The notes beneath the pieces are model-generated. The model was not told the origin of the DNA. It made no database searches and saw nothing but the letters and a program-made list of their open reading frames with translations. Shown here piece after piece: positions 28,216 to 42,416 of a stretch of DNA of 64,000 bases; position 1 is the first letter of the stretch; every line of letters starts with the position of its first letter. The position numbers were made by a program, and so were the translations under genes. The stretch is from the human T2T-CHM13v2.0 reference genome, Homo sapiens, in the NCBI GenBank assembly GCA_009914755.4, contig CP086569.2, positions 6,624,001 to 6,688,000 of the forward strand, given 5' to 3'.

Positions 28216-28943
28216 CATGAATCATTTTCCTGGCCAATTCAATCGACTGAGAAAATCCTTGGAGAAATGGCCATATTTCTTTAACACTGGGTTCCTTTCA
28301 GGGCTCAAGATTCCATTTTTTTTCTCAGTATTTTCTCCTACAGAATAGGAGTCTTCTTCATGCTACAATGTGCACTGTGTACAGAAACTGTGAATAGAGA
28401 AGTAGCCGTTCTTCTTGCTAAGTTTCTTTCAGAAGGTGGTTCCACATAGATGACTTTCACTCTGAACTCAGTATCATGGGGCATGTGTGTGCCCACACAT
28501 TGCCAGTTTCAGTTGTGGGCAAACAGAACTAATACTCTCTCACCAAGATAAACATACAAGGAAAGCACTCTATCTTTGTGCAGCATCATTTGCATCCTAT
28601 AAAATAATGGCTTCTTAAAGCCGACCTGTCTTATGGGTGGTTTTTAATTAGTCCAAGCAGAACCTAATGTGGCCACTAATATTCCACTTGCTAAAACAAG
28701 GACAGTCGAATTCGATCTGTCATCATTGATTAGATGCATGCAGTCACCCAATGCTGTTTGCCCAAGCATCTGTAGGCATAGATTCCCCAGTGCTGATTCC
28801 CCAATTCTTGTAAGGGGCAGGACTTAATTAAATCTTAAAGTGACAGCTGAAAATTTAAGGGTCAGGAAGTCATGTCTAAAACAGGATTGATTATAACAAT
28901 AATAATAGCAGCAACTAAGACTAAACCTGGTTCAGGCTATTTA

Positions 28944-29228
28944 TTTATGAGGCTGAGTCTCACTCTGTCACCCAGGCTGGAGTGCAGTGGCACGATCTCA
29001 GCTTACTGCGGCCTCTGCCGTCCAGGTTCAAGTGAGTCTCCTGCCTCCGCCTCCTGAGTAGCTGGGATTACAGATGCCCACTACCACACCTGGCTAATTT
29101 TTGTATTTTCAGTAGAGATGGGGTTTCACCATGTTGGCCAGGCTGGTCTCAAACTCCTGACCTCAAGTGTCGCGCCCACCTCAGCCTCCCAAACTGCTTA
29201 GATTACAGACATGAGCCGTCACACGCAG
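28944..29228 (-). mobile_element. Alu SINE (antisense)
   Basis: tttatttatgaggctgagtctcactctgtcacccaggctggagtgcagtggcacgatctcagc...ttacagacatgagccgtcacacgcag. Confidence 0.9.
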
Positions 29229-29668
29229 TCTCTGGCTCAGGCATTTTGTTTGGGGTCACCTGGTCTTAATTAGCAGCACTCTGGGATTTGAGTGGCGCTG
29301 TGCTGTTGCCCACAAAGCCCATCAGTAGCACCATTGCCTATGTCCTTCAGGACAGTCTGTTAGGGAGGGTGGCCCAGGTGTTGGCATGGTCATCCCCATT
29401 TTATAAGTGAGGGAACCTCAGCCAGGCAGGGTCCTTGCCTGGATCCTCTGTGGGGAACCCTGTGAGCTTGTAACCCCCCATGCAGCCCAGCGTGTCAGTA
29501 GCCCCCAAATTGAGAGATAGAGAGGGCACCGAGGTGTGAGGCCATTGGCTAGCTATGTGAGCCACTTGTCAATCGCCTGGGACTTCTGAGGCCCACAGAC
29601 ATTCACCTGGACCTTGATCAGGTATCTCACAGAACTTGCAATAACTGAGTCTGTTAAAAATAACTTCA

Positions 29669-29969
29669 GGCCAGGCACGGTGGCTCACACCTGCAATCCT
29701 AGCACTTTGGGATGCCGAGGCGGGTAGATCACGAGGTCAGGAGATTGAGACCATACTGAGTAATACGGTGAAACCCCATCTCTACTAAAAATACAAAAAA
29801 TTAGCTGGGCATGGTGGCAGGCGCCTGTAGTCCCAGCTACTCAGGAGGCTGAGGCAGGAGAATGGCGTGAACCCGGGAGGCGGAGCTTGCAGTGAGCTGA
29901 GATTGCATTACTGTACTCCTGCCTGGGCAACACAGCGAGACTCCGTCTCAAAAAAAAAACAAAAAAAAA
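29669..29969 (+). mobile_element. AluY-type SINE (sense)
   Basis: ggccaggcacggtggctcacacctgcaatcctagcactttgggatgccgaggcgggtagatcacgaggtcaggagattgagaccatactg...cctgggcaacacagcgagactccgtctcaaaaaaaaaacaaaaaaaaa. Confidence 0.9.
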
Positions 29970-32825
29970 CTTCAAACACAGAAAACCACTTTTTGTTTCC
30001 TAGATAAGTGTAGTATTCAACTAGAATGACTGGAGGTTTTTAATTTGTTTCACATTGATCAAGGGGAAAAATAAAAGATATATCTTTTTATCGTTAGACC
30101 TTCCAGTAATGTGTGAAGTCTAGTAATAGCATGTGTGTCAGAATAACTCAGTTGTAAAGTCTACATTATGATGCTACTCATCCCTTAAATGTAGACAAAA
30201 TGGGGACAATAGCTCTCGCTGCAAGCCCATCTACTCTACCCATGTATGTTGGCAGGGATATGGTACCATGTGGCTTCTACTTCTCCATCCACTTTATGGT
30301 TAGTGTTCACGCTCATTATAAAAACTCAACAAGACCAGAAATATCGTATGAGTCCTCAAGAAGGAAAATGCAGTGTTCCAGGGAGTTATGGCATCCACTA
30401 CCGGCTCTGAACTTTCTTAAGTTAGTATATTTATCCAGGAACTCATACTTACCAAACTGTTTTTTAAGTTTCTTTCCTAAGTCATGCACACTCCAAGCTA
30501 AGTGTCATGGCTGCAGAGGCCCATGCCCTCATGGAGCTTGCCTGGTATTTGGGACACTGGTACCAAACAGAGAAACAAAGAAACAAAATACTTTGATGAC
30601 AGTAACACATCCTGTGATAGAGATGAACAGTGTAACATGGGTTGGAGGAGATTCCACATTAGATGTAAGAAGGCCTCTATGAGGAAGAGACAGATGAACT
30701 GAGGTCTGTAGGATGTGGCTGGAAGAGCCAGGAGAAGAGAGTTTCAGGTGAAGAGGCCAGCACATGCAAAGACCAGGTACCCAGGCGCCTGAGGGAAAAG
30801 ACAGAAGCCAGGCCAGCATGGTGGAGTAAGTGACCAACAGGGAGCTGAGGTGAGAGGTGGATGTGGTGAGCAGACCCTGCAGTGCCTTGTAGGCCGTAAT
30901 GTGGGAAATTAAGGAACCAGAGAGACCGAGTGGAGTGCAGGAAAGTGTTTATTTGAGGTGTACACTAGCTTTGTGGACATGTGTCCTGAAAGTCTGAGCC
31001 CAGAACAAAGAAAATGAGTTCCCTTTAAGTATCTTGAGGCAGGCACTGTGTGAAGCAGGAAGCAGGCTTACAGAAGTGAGAAGAAAGGCTGCTGTGACAC
31101 TTTTGCAACATATCTTACATCTCTGGGATATCTTCGTTTGCAGCTTATGCTTATCTGCCTTGTGACTTTGCATCTTTGCAGGGAAGAAAGAAACAGGAGT
31201 TTACAGAGCCTGTGAAATATGAGGAGAGTAGATATGGTTAATGTTTCTTGGGACAGGCAGTTAATATTCTCCTTTAACTTTAACTTCTCGGGAGCTACTT
31301 AAATTCTTTTTAGCCTTGATTAATACAGCAATTCAGTCTATGAGCTGTTATTATTATTTTGGTTACGATTACTATAATCTTTACTATTACTACTTATGCT
31401 ACTATTCTGTTGTTTTCTTAATTTCCTACTTCAATAATACTAAGACAGAGAGTGTGGACTAGAAGCCACCCAGCAGCTTCCTACCACACTAATCAGTGGC
31501 TGGATGCCAGATGCGGGATGGACTGTGATCACTCCAATTTTGTCCCAGGCAGGGAGATAACTTCACCTTCCATTAGCATAGCTCAGTGGAGCCAAGAAGG
31601 GAAGAAGACAGATTCAGGACATCCTTCAGCACCAAATATCATTGGACATATGTCCTGGCTAGGGGAGTGAAGGTGTGGCATGTGACTGTGGAGATGTGAC
31701 TTATGGAGACCACGGGCTAGAAAAGGAACGAGATGCTGTGGATGGGAGGGTGGAGATCTCCACTGTAGGCATGCCACATTTAAGATGCTGCTTGGACCTC
31801 CAAGTGGCCAAGTCATGCAGGCCATGCAGGGATGAGTAAGGAGCTCTAGAGGGCAGGGGCTGGAGACATCTGGGATATAGTGCTGGGGACTGGATGTGTT
31901 CACTGGGGAGACAGATAGTGGTGCAGTCAGCCAGGGGCACTCAAATGTCTGGAAGAAGCCTTTTAGAACAAGGTCTCCAAACTATTTCCAGAGTCATTTA
32001 ATACCTCCTTGTGTTTTTCATAGGCACTCAGAAGCTCTTAGGAGATAAGGATATAGGGAACTTGCCATCCAGAGACTTCTGCAGAGAATATGCATTAATA
32101 TCACCATCATATTCTCACTGACTCCCCCTTTTTTAAAATAAGGGAGATGGGGCTTAGACTAAGACGTGTTCTTAAATTCCATCCCTCCTCCTTTTTTTCT
32201 GACTGTAGTTTTCATCTGAGGCAGAGAGAAATGACACATATAGCTAAATTAGACCTGATTATCTGTTGTTTTTCTTGGACTTTTGAAGTTTTTGCTAACA
32301 ACCACAGCATAGTCTTGAACATTACATAATAGCATAATGTATTAATTTTAAAAATGCGTTTTGTGGTTAACCTTGACATAAGAATACCCAGCTCATTTCC
32401 CAACCACATGGATTAATACAGATTTGATGAACTGAAATGTGCCCTTCTGCTGCCGCATAGTTCAGTTGTTTTAGGGATGGAAGCTGGCTTGAGAATTTCT
32501 AAATTTGATGAACATTCAGAGGTTCTAGAAACTATCACGATTCTGAAACTGTTTGTAAGAAATGCCTTGACTGTACTGGGAAATACATCAAAATGACACT
32601 TTTGAATCTGAAAAGAACTGAGTCCTGTACATTTTTTATTTTAGTTAAGAGTTTGAATCCAGCTTATGAGGAAAAAAAAAAGAAAGCGGATGCTATATAT
32701 TTTTGGCTTGTCAGTTTGAAAACAAACTGGTTGATGCCCATTTTCACGGTCATAACCATTTTGATCTCTCCATGGCTTCCAGAAACCACCATTTTACTTT
32801 CTGTCTGTAGTTCTGACTACTATGG

Positions 32826-33175
32826 TGACTTCACATAAGTGTAATCATACATAAATTGTCCTTTTGTGTTGGGCTTATTTCAGTTAGCATAGTGTCCTTT
32901 AGGTTCACATGCACTGTAGCATTTGTCAGAATTTCATTCTTTTTAAAGATTGAGTAATTTGTCAGACATATGGGTTGCTTCCACTTTTTGGCTATTGTGA
33001 ATAATGGAGCTGTGTACATTGAAGTGTCTGTTTGAGTCTCTTGTCTCCAGTTCCTTTGGGTGTAACCTAGAAGTGGACTTGCTGGATCAGATGGTAATTC
33101 TCTTCACTTTTTTGATGGCCTGCCATTTTGTTTTTCTGAAGGTTTAATTCTTTGTGAGATGTGATAAAAGTAGGG
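32826..33175 (-). mobile_element. Old L1 (L1M-type) 3'-end fragment, antisense
   Basis: ttgggcttatttcagttagcatagtgtcctttaggttcacatgcactgtagcatttgtcagaatttcattctttttaaagattgagtaatttgtcagacatatgggttgcttccactttttggctattgtgaataatggagctgtgtacat...ggacttgctggatcagatggtaattctcttcacttttttgatggcctgccattttg. This matches the classic mammalian L1 3' consensus in reverse complement. Confidence 0.8.
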
Positions 33176-33476
33176 TCCAACCGTGACTCCTGTGATCTGA
33201 TGCAAAGGTTAACCTGCTGCAGCCTGCATGCCGGATTTAGCCCTTGCTACTTATGCACAGTTGGTGTGCTAAGGATACTTTTAATATTTTTGGATGTCTG
33301 AAAAAAACTGAGGGATAGTACGTCATGATCCATGAAAATTAAGTGAAACTCAGATTTCACTGTACGTAGCTGAGATTTCATTGGAACACAGCTACACCCG
33401 TTACCTGTTCTCTATAGTACAGAAGTTGTATGGCCATGTATCAGGATTTGCTGTGACCCTTCAAGAACAAATCTGT

Positions 33477-33770
33477 GAGGCTGGCATGGTGGCTTCATGG
33501 CTGTAATCCTAGCCCTTTCAGAAGTCGAGGTGGGAGGATTGTTTTAGCTCAGGAGTTGAAGACCAGCCTGGGCAACATGGTGAAACCCTATCTATACTCA
33601 CTTAAAAAAATTAGCCAGGTGTGATTGTGTATGCCTGTAGTTCCAGCTACTCAAGAGGCTGAGGTGGGAGGATTGGTTGAGCTTGAGAGTTTAATGCTAC
33701 AGTGAGCTGAGATAGTACCACTACATTTCATCCTGGGTAATGGAATGAGATCATGTCTCAAAAAAAAAAT
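33477..33770 (+). mobile_element. Alu SINE (sense), divergent older subfamily
   Basis: gaggctggcatggtggcttcatggctgtaatcctagccctttcagaagtcgaggtgggaggattgttttagctcaggagttgaagaccagcctgggcaacatggtgaaaccctatct...tcatgtctcaaaaaaaaaa. Confidence 0.85.
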
Positions 33771-34629
33771 AAAGTCCGACAAGCTTACTTATGGCTCTGA
33801 GTACATGCATCAAGCTGTCCATCTAATTAATCACACAGTCCTACACATTACTTCTGTCACTTTTTTGCATGTAAGCACCAATCCATTGCTTAAGCCCCCA
33901 GGAGGAGTTTCTTCAGTAGGACATGGAGAGTGTAAAAACTCCAACCAAGTCTTTCATCTTGCCCATTTCAGGTACATTTTCTTCTCTGTTTGCATTCCAA
34001 AACGTAGCTTCCTATCGTGCCTATTAAGGAACTGCCTATTCTCATTGACTAAGAGGTAAATATCTGTATAATAGAAGAACCAAACTGAGGAAAATCATCA
34101 AAATCTAGTTACTTTTTTCAGACACTGTTTTTGGACAAGGTTTGTACCCAATTAGGAGGCATAGTCTTCTATTTTTAATTTGTGATATTTCCATAAAATC
34201 GTGTAGATCTTACACTTGTTAAGTGTAGGGTATTTTCAATTTATTTTTTATGTTATTTTATTTTTTTCAAAGAGCTGTTCTCTGCACTGAAGCCTGGGTG
34301 TGACTTGTTAAAAGTTAAATTCACATAGCATCTGTCTCCTCCATTAGCTTCTTGCATTTAAAAAATATCTCCTTCGACATATCATTTAAGGGCAACACTT
34401 TGTTCGGTATTTAATTTGTTGGCAGAAATATCAGCCCAGAACTTCTTAATATACTTACCTAATGCTATTGCACATACCAATATAATTTACATTTAACTTA
34501 TTATTTTATTGAATTCATGAGAGTGATCTTAGGACCTGTGATAAATTTGAACAGGCACATTACAAATCAGGCTAAGTTTAAACTAGGAAGCCAACTTTAA
34601 GACTGTTTTTGTAGGAAATTGGGAATTGT

Positions 34630-35196
34630 GTATTGTCTTATCTACAACCATCTGATCTTTGACAAACCTGACAAAAACAAGCGATGGGGAAAGGATTCCC
34701 TATTTAATAAATGGTGCTGGGAAAACTGGCTGGCCATATATGGAAAGCTGAAACTGGATCCCTTCCTTACACCTTATACAAAAATTAATTCAAGATGGAT
34801 TAAGGATTTACATGTTAGACCTGAAACCATAAAAACCCTGGAAGAAAACTGAGGCTATCCATTCAGGACATAAGCATGGGCAAGGACTTCATGTCTGAAA
34901 CACCAAAAGCAATGGCAACAAAAGCCAAAATTGACAAATGGGATCTAATTAAACTAAAGAGCTTCTGCACAGCAAAAGAAACTACCATTAGAGTGAACAG
35001 GCAACCTACAAAATGGGAGAAAATTCTCACAACCTACTCATCTGACAAAGGGCTAATATCCAGAATCTACAATGAACTCAAACCAATTTACAAGAAAAAA
35101 ACAAACAACCCCATCAAAAAGTGGGCAAAGGATATGAACAGACACTTCTCAAAAGAAGACATTTATGCAGCCAAAAAAAAACATGAAAAAATGCTC
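34630..35196 (+). mobile_element. L1 ORF2 C-terminal fragment (sense), 5'- and 3'-truncated
   Basis: Translates to ...[69 protein letters not shown]... and ...[99 protein letters not shown], matching L1 ORF2p residues ~1040-1230. Confidence 0.9.
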
Positions 35197-35799
35197 TTTT
35201 GAAATTGTGTTTTAATTGTATTTGCATGAAGAAGCAGCTTGTTTCCTATTAGACTGGTAAAGTGGGAACACTAGAAAAGAGAAAGGTGGGATTTGGGAAA
35301 TATGACATGAAGATGTTGTTAAAAAAGGGATGCATATAATTAAATATGACAAGAACAGTGCTACTTAAATATGAAAGCTGCTAACATTTTAATGTTCTCT
35401 TTATAAACAAAAGAAACTTTAAGAATTTTAACATCTGCTAGAGCTCAGTCTAATCTGAATTCTTTTTTTCATCTGACCTTTTTATTTTTTCTTTCTCAAA
35501 CACACTAACTCATTTTAAAAATTACTTTTGAGAACCAAGTAATCTGTTTCCATTTAAGAAGGCTACAGATAAATATTATGTTCCATTTGAAATGACAGTT
35601 TCACTCATTTTATACATTTACTTATATGACTATTTTAGGTTCCTTTTAAATAAATAGCTTAAATTCATCCTTTTGGGAGCCACTGATTAAAATGTTTGCA
35701 CGTTCATTGTGGTTTTAAAATTTGCATTTGTTTAATTGTGATAAAAAATACACCAAAAGTGTATTTCTGTGTGTTTGTGTCCGTATGTGTGTGTGTGTT

Positions 35800-36082
35800 T
35801 TCAGAGAGGGTCTCACTCTGTTGCCCTGGCTGGAGTGCAGTGGTGTAATGTTGGCTCACTGCAATCTCCCTTCCAGATTCAAGTGACCTTCCTGCCTCAG
35901 TCTCCCAAGTAGCTGGGACCACAGGGCCACACCACCATGCCTGACTAATTTTTGGTATTTTTTGTAGAGATGGGGTTTCCCTGTGTTGTCCAGGCTGGTC
36001 TTGAGCTCCTGGGCTTAAGTGATCCATCTGCCTCAGTGTCCCAGCGTGCTGGAATTATATGCGTGAGTCACTGCGCCTGGCC
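35800..36082 (-). mobile_element. Alu SINE (antisense), old subfamily, preceded by GT-rich tract 35762-35800
   Basis: tcagagagggtctcactctgttgccctggctggagtgcagtggtgtaatgttggctcactgcaatctccc...tgcgtgagtcactgcgcctggcc. Confidence 0.85.
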
Positions 36083-38084
36083 TATGTTTGTGTTTAAGGT
36101 CTGAGAATATTAATAGAGCAAAGGAAACACACCAGTATTCCAGTGAGCAGTGTGTGCAGTTATTCCCACTGTGTGATTATATTGTTTTTTACAAGTCTAC
36201 ATTTATGGCTTTACCTATATTTGAATATGTGAATTCATGCAGTGTAATTGTACAGCACTGTGCTCGCTTAGTGGCACAGAGAGGTTGAGTTATTGACTAG
36301 GGGACCCATAATTGTCAGCAAGAAATTCTGGGATTTAGCCAAGGACAGCCTCACTCCAAGATCATGCTGCTTCTCAGAGTTTGCTTGGATTGTTAGAGTG
36401 TAATTTCTGGAAAACAAGGCCATGCTGGAATCTAGAGGAGAGAAAGATGACTCACACTGGGTATGAGTAGAGTGTGGTTGAGATGTGCAAACAAGATATA
36501 GGTAAGAAAGGAAAATGCAAACTAGTAGAAGAAGGAGTTGGGCTTTTTGTTCTTATTTTTTATTTTAAGATAGGTCATGTGGTATAACAGGAAGCTGATG
36601 GAACTTAGGGTCAGACCACCTGGGATCATTCTTGGATTCCAACCTCCCTTGCCATTGTATCCAGAGGTCAGCTTGTCTTTGAGATATCTAGGGACGGTGA
36701 TGCAGTGGAGATCAGGGTGTTAGTGAAGATTAAACTCATGTAACATGAAGCATGACACACATTCTGCATGTTTGTCTTTGTACCATGACATACTTGGACA
36801 TACATATTCCTGATCTGGTAAGAATTGATTCCGTATGTTTTTTGTGACCTCAGCATTCCACGCCCAGACTCTGAAGTCAAAGGGGACAATCAGAGCCAGA
36901 GCCCTTAGTAGTTGGGAAATTCTGATCGCCAGTCAGCACAAATATTTGACTATTGGAAATTTTTTTAATGGTGAGCTCTTTTTCTGTTTCGAGATTTGGT
37001 AGTCCTTTCTGATTAGTAGACAGAGAAGTCTGTTTGACAGAGTTAATGTGAGGCCCTGCACTGGCTGTCACCTCATGCAGTGCACTGTCCTTCCATGGCC
37101 TGTTCTGTTAGTTTAGCGAGGTCAATAATACCTGCCCATCTCACAGAGTTTACATCCAAGTGTTTCATCATGGTGGAAGTGGTTTTTAATGAAACAATAG
37201 ATTTCTTGGTTTTGCTTCAAGGAAATGTCTGAAGTGTTTGCTTTCCCAGTGATTTCATGCTCTAAACTGCCTTTTTGTGCCCATGGCCCATGAGCATAAA
37301 ACAGCGTCGTTGCTATTCAGGCAAATAAAAGCCAGATAAAAGAAAACCTCACTGTTTAGCCATTGTATCAGAGAGAGCCAAACTGCCTTTCTTCCCAAGC
37401 CCTGGTTTTTAGGGGATCACGTGTCACCCACACCTGAAATCTATTCTAATTATCTGTGTTGCATAACAAGAAAGGCCACTGAGGAATCAGAATTCTTACA
37501 AGCATGGACATGCTTATTTTATGAATTGAAAAATATTCCTAATCAGCAGTTGTGGTTACACAAAATTAGGCCTGATGTAAGGTTCCACAATTTAAAAAGC
37601 ACTGTATGTGTTTAACTATGATTTACAGTCATTTATATTAAGAATAGTTGCTAGTGGTTTTGCAAGTTTCCAGCAGTTGTAATGCAACTAGGGAAGCTTT
37701 TACATATCAAAGTCAGGAGCCACCAATACAGAACAGATTTTAACAGGTATTAGGGTATCTGGGAATTACGTGAGAGGAAAATTAACTGAATTCTATAGGT
37801 AAAAAGTGAAATTCATTTACTCCTCCAACCATGTACTCTGTTGCTTTCTTGGTGAGAGAAATGACTGACCTACTTGGTCTCCATGAAACTTGGTCTTCTT
37901 ACCTATAAATAAGATACTAAGTGTTGATCTGAGAATGTATGAGTCTAAATTTTACATAATGGGAAACATGCATACATGAGTGAAAAGCAGAACGCTGTGA
38001 TAACTCACTCTTGTTCCAGCTACAATTTTGTAAACACCATAGGCTTACTATAGGAAAGGAAGTATCTTAGAAAATCCTAAAATT

Positions 38085-38790
<706 letters not shown>

Positions 38791-38984
38791 GTTCACTTAC
38801 ACTCTTAAGAAAGCAGCCTTTTGTCTACAAAATGAAAACAAATGGGACTGATGTGATGGTTAATTTATTTAATGGACGTAATAAACACTTTCTTGACAAA
38901 TGAGAATGTGAAAAAATTATTGAGTACAGATGAGGCATAACCATCCTTGCTGTTCAAGAATTATAGCATGGAAACAGTTGATAT

Positions 38985-39287
38985 GGCTGGGCATGGTGGC
39001 TCATGCTTATAATCCCAGCCCTTTGGGAGCTGAGGCAGGTGAATCAGTTGAGGTCAGGAATTCAAGACCAGTCTGGCCAACATGGTGAAACCCCGCCTCT
39101 GCTAATAACACAAAAATTAGCCTGGAGTGATGGTGGGTGCCTGTAATCCCAGCTACTCAGGAGGCTGGGGCAGGAGATTCACTTGAGCCCAGACGGTTGC
39201 AGTGAGCAGAGATTGCGCCACTTCACACTCCAGCCTGGGTAACAGGGTAACACTGTGTCTCAAAAAAAAAAAGAAAAAAAGAAAACA
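38985..39287 (+). mobile_element. Alu SINE (sense)
   Basis: ggctgggcatggtggctcatgcttataatcccagccctttgggagctgaggcaggtgaatcag...ccagcctgggtaacagggtaacactgtgtctcaaaaaaaaaaagaaaaaaagaaaa. Confidence 0.9.
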
Positions 39288-39439
39288 GTCACTATGTAGT
39301 TCTCATGACCCAATTAAAATATTATAGTTAGGATGTTATGTTTGTGTTAAAACTAAGAATACACTGTACAGAACTTGTGGAAGAAGCTTGGAACAGAGGC
39401 TGCCTGTGCATTAAGACTAAGAGGACTTGCAAAGAGTTA

Positions 39440-39700
39440 GAAGACTTTTAATGTTTTACTTTTACATCAAGTTTTCTTAACTGTGGCACTGTAGACATGT
39501 AGGGCTGGAGAACTCTCTGTGGTGGGACCGTCCTGTTCACCAGGGGAGGTCCAGCACCATCTCTGGGCATTCCTTCCTGGATGCCAGCAACATCCATACC
39601 ATATAATGACCACCAAAAGTGTCTCCAGACATTGCCCACTGTCCCCCTGGGGGGCAACATGACCCCAATTGAGAACCACCTAAAATTTCCCCAGTGAAAC
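39440..39700. mobile_element. Ancient hAT-like non-autonomous DNA-transposon relic ('gacattgcc..atgtc..cctggggg...gagaaccac' family)
   Basis: ...tgtctccagacattgcccactgtccccctggggggcaacatgaccccaattgagaaccacc. I could not name the family, but related copies occur at 5690-5880, 11445-11560, 13645-13860 and 44560-44725. Confidence 0.5.
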
Positions 39701-40699
39701 TGCATTACTTCTCTAACTTTAATAGCAACCTAAAAAATTACAGACGTCATTTTTAAACCAACAAGATTACTCTGCCTAATTTTACATACTGAACAGTTGG
39801 TTGTTTTTATGAGGGCTTTTGCACTTGTATTCTGAAAGCACCACCTTAACAAAAAGTGATGTTGCATGACTGTCCCAACGACAGCTGGCAGCAGCTATGG
39901 AAGCATCCCAGGAACCAAAAGCCAGCCTGATGTTGCCCTCATGCACTTGCGGCTCTTTCAGTGTGGCCATTCTAAGTAACCAAGTACACATGTGTGCTGC
40001 TTCTGGGATAAAGCACCTCTGTATGTTAGTTGTCTGAAGTCACATTGATGATATCAGTAGGTTATCTATTCTAATTTAGTAATGCATTACGAGTGCGCAG
40101 CTGAATATGAGTTAGCTCCAAGGCAGGGATCAGCAAACTACTGCACATAGGCCAGCTGGCCTGCAGGTTGTTTTTGCAGATAGTTTTCTTAGAACACACA
40201 CACATCTGTTTACATAAACACACCTACCTGATTACGGATTGCCAGTGGTTTCCAGTTGGAGTTAAATATGATGACATAGATAGTGAGGGTAAGGCTGAGG
40301 AGGTCTCAGATGGAGATGAGGAACTTACTGGGACCTGGAGTAAAGGTCACTTTTGTTATGCATCAGCAAGGAGGTTGGGATGTGGCATTGTGCTTCTGCC
40401 CTAGGGATCTGTGGAACTTTGAACTTAAGAGTGATGATTTAGAGTATCTGGTGGAAAACATTTGTAAGCAGCAAAGCATGCAAGATGTGGCCTGCTTCTA
40501 AAAGGCTATGCTCATATGCGTGAGCAAAAATAATCTACTTGAAACTGGAACTTATATTTAAAAGGGAAAGAGCATGTAAAAGTTTGGAAAATTTGCAGCT
40601 ATGACGTGATAAAAAAGAAAAGCCTATTTTCTGGGGAGGAATTCAAACATGCTGCAGAAATTTGAATAAAAGGACAGCAAGGGCTGATAACCAAGGCAA

Positions 40700-41000
40700 T
40701 GGGGAAAATTCTATTAATAGGTACAGTCCAAGTAACTGCATAAATTTCAGACCAATTAAAAGTATTAAAGATTAATAAAATGAAGAGCTTGCAATGATTG
40801 GTGATGGGTACATTGTGTATATGCAAATTGTTCATAAGGCTTCTACACTAGTTGTGTTTCAGTTGTCTAATTTCTGTTTATTCTCATTGTGCAGAAGTAG
40901 GTTACTACCGACTCCAATACAAATTAGTGTGAATTGTGAATTGCTTGGTCTAAAATGAAAAGAGCACTCAACATGGAGCTCCTGAAAGCATTTCAGATAG
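40700..41000. repeat. Copy B of the unclassified duplicated segment (homolog of 38440-38790)
   Basis: tccaagtaactgcataaatttcagaccaattaaaagtattaaagattaataaaatgaagagcttgcaatgattggtgatgggtacattgtgtatatgcaaattgttc...caaattagtgtgaattgtgaattgcttggtctaaaatgaaaagagcactcaacatggagctcc. Confidence 0.6.
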
Positions 41001-42416
41001 CTTCATGACAGCCCCTCCTATTACGTACCGAATCCTAGGAGGGAAAAATGATTCCCTGGACCAGGCCCAAGGCCTTGCTGTCCTACACAACCTCAGTACG
41101 CTGCTTCCTGCATTCCAGCTGCTCTGTCTCTGACTCTAGCTGCACCCTTCGCTCAGATGGCCCCGGTACAGCTTAAGACACTGCTTCAGAGGCTGCAGGC
41201 TGTAAGCCTGTGTCTTCTACATGGTGTTAAGCCTGCAGGTGCATAGAGTACAAGAGTTGAAGCTTGGTAGCCTCTGCCTAGATTCAGAAGATATACAGAA
41301 AAAGCCTGGATGTCCAGACAGAAGCCTGATGCAGGACCAGAACCATCATGGAGAACGTTTGCTAGGGCATTGCAAAGGGCAAAGGTGGGATTGGCGCCCT
41401 GATATGGAGTCCTCACTGGAGCACTGCCTAGTGGAGCTGTGTTAGATACAGTTATGTTCCCTCTTCAAACAGCTTATCCAGCTTCCCCATTCTCTATCCT
41501 ATAATTCCAAATAACCCCTTGCCTTTCCTGTGCCCCAATTTGTCTGAATATGCCTAGCCATGCCTGAACTTGCTACAACCCCAGCCTGCATGCCTTTCCT
41601 TAGTAGAGAATAGGTTACCTTCCTAGTCCCTCCGTAATTGACCTTCCTTCTCTCTCTTCTCACCTCCCTTACCTTATCTAAGAATGTTTAAATATTTAGC
41701 CAGTTGGGACTAGTTTAGACTGTGTGGTCCAACCCTAGCCAATAGGGGAAAGACACAGAAGCACAAGCTGCATTAGAGATAATAAAACCCCTGCTTTCCT
41801 TTGGTCTGTATGCTTTTGCCATTGCTCCATACATGAGTTGCACCCTTGTGCAGAAGTAAATTTTCCTTGCTGAGACGTTCTTTGTCTAAGTGCTTGTTTT
41901 CTTTGCGACTCCAAGTTCTTATTCCCAACAAGCTATGAGAAGAGGTCCACCATCCTCCAGACCCCAGTATGGTAGGCATTCAACACCAGATGGTGAGAGC
42001 AACTGCAGGGTCTATACCTTGCAGAGACAGGGGTGGAGCTCCCCATGGCCTTGGTAGCCCACTTCTTGTGCCACTGCACCCAGGATGTGAGACAGGGAGT
42101 CAAAGGAGATTCTTGGAGAATCTCCTTAAAATCTAATGATTGCCTTGCTGGGTTTTGGACTTGCATGGGGCCTGTAGCCCCTTTCTTTTGGCCAATTTCT
42201 CTCTTTTAGAACAGGATAGAATATAACCTAATGCCTATATTCCCATTTTATCTAGGAAGTAACTAATTTGGTTTTGATTTTACAGGCTTATAGGCAGAAG
42301 GAACTTGCCTTGTCTCAGATGACACTTTGAGTTAATGCTGTAATGAGTTGACTTTGGAAGACTATTGGGAAGGCATAATTGTATGTTAAAATGTGAAAAG
42401 TGAGGGGCCAGGTGTG
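41000..42416 (+). mobile_element. MaLR (ERVL) internal region, degenerate
   Basis: The 3' end, ...cttgccttgtctcagatgacactttgagttaatgctgtaatgagttgactttggaagactattgggaaggcataattgtatgttaaaatgtgaaaagtgaggggccagg, matches the canonical MaLR-internal terminus (...gagttaatgctg(g/a)aatgagttaagactttgggggactgttgggaagg...) immediately before a THE1/MST LTR. Confidence 0.5.
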
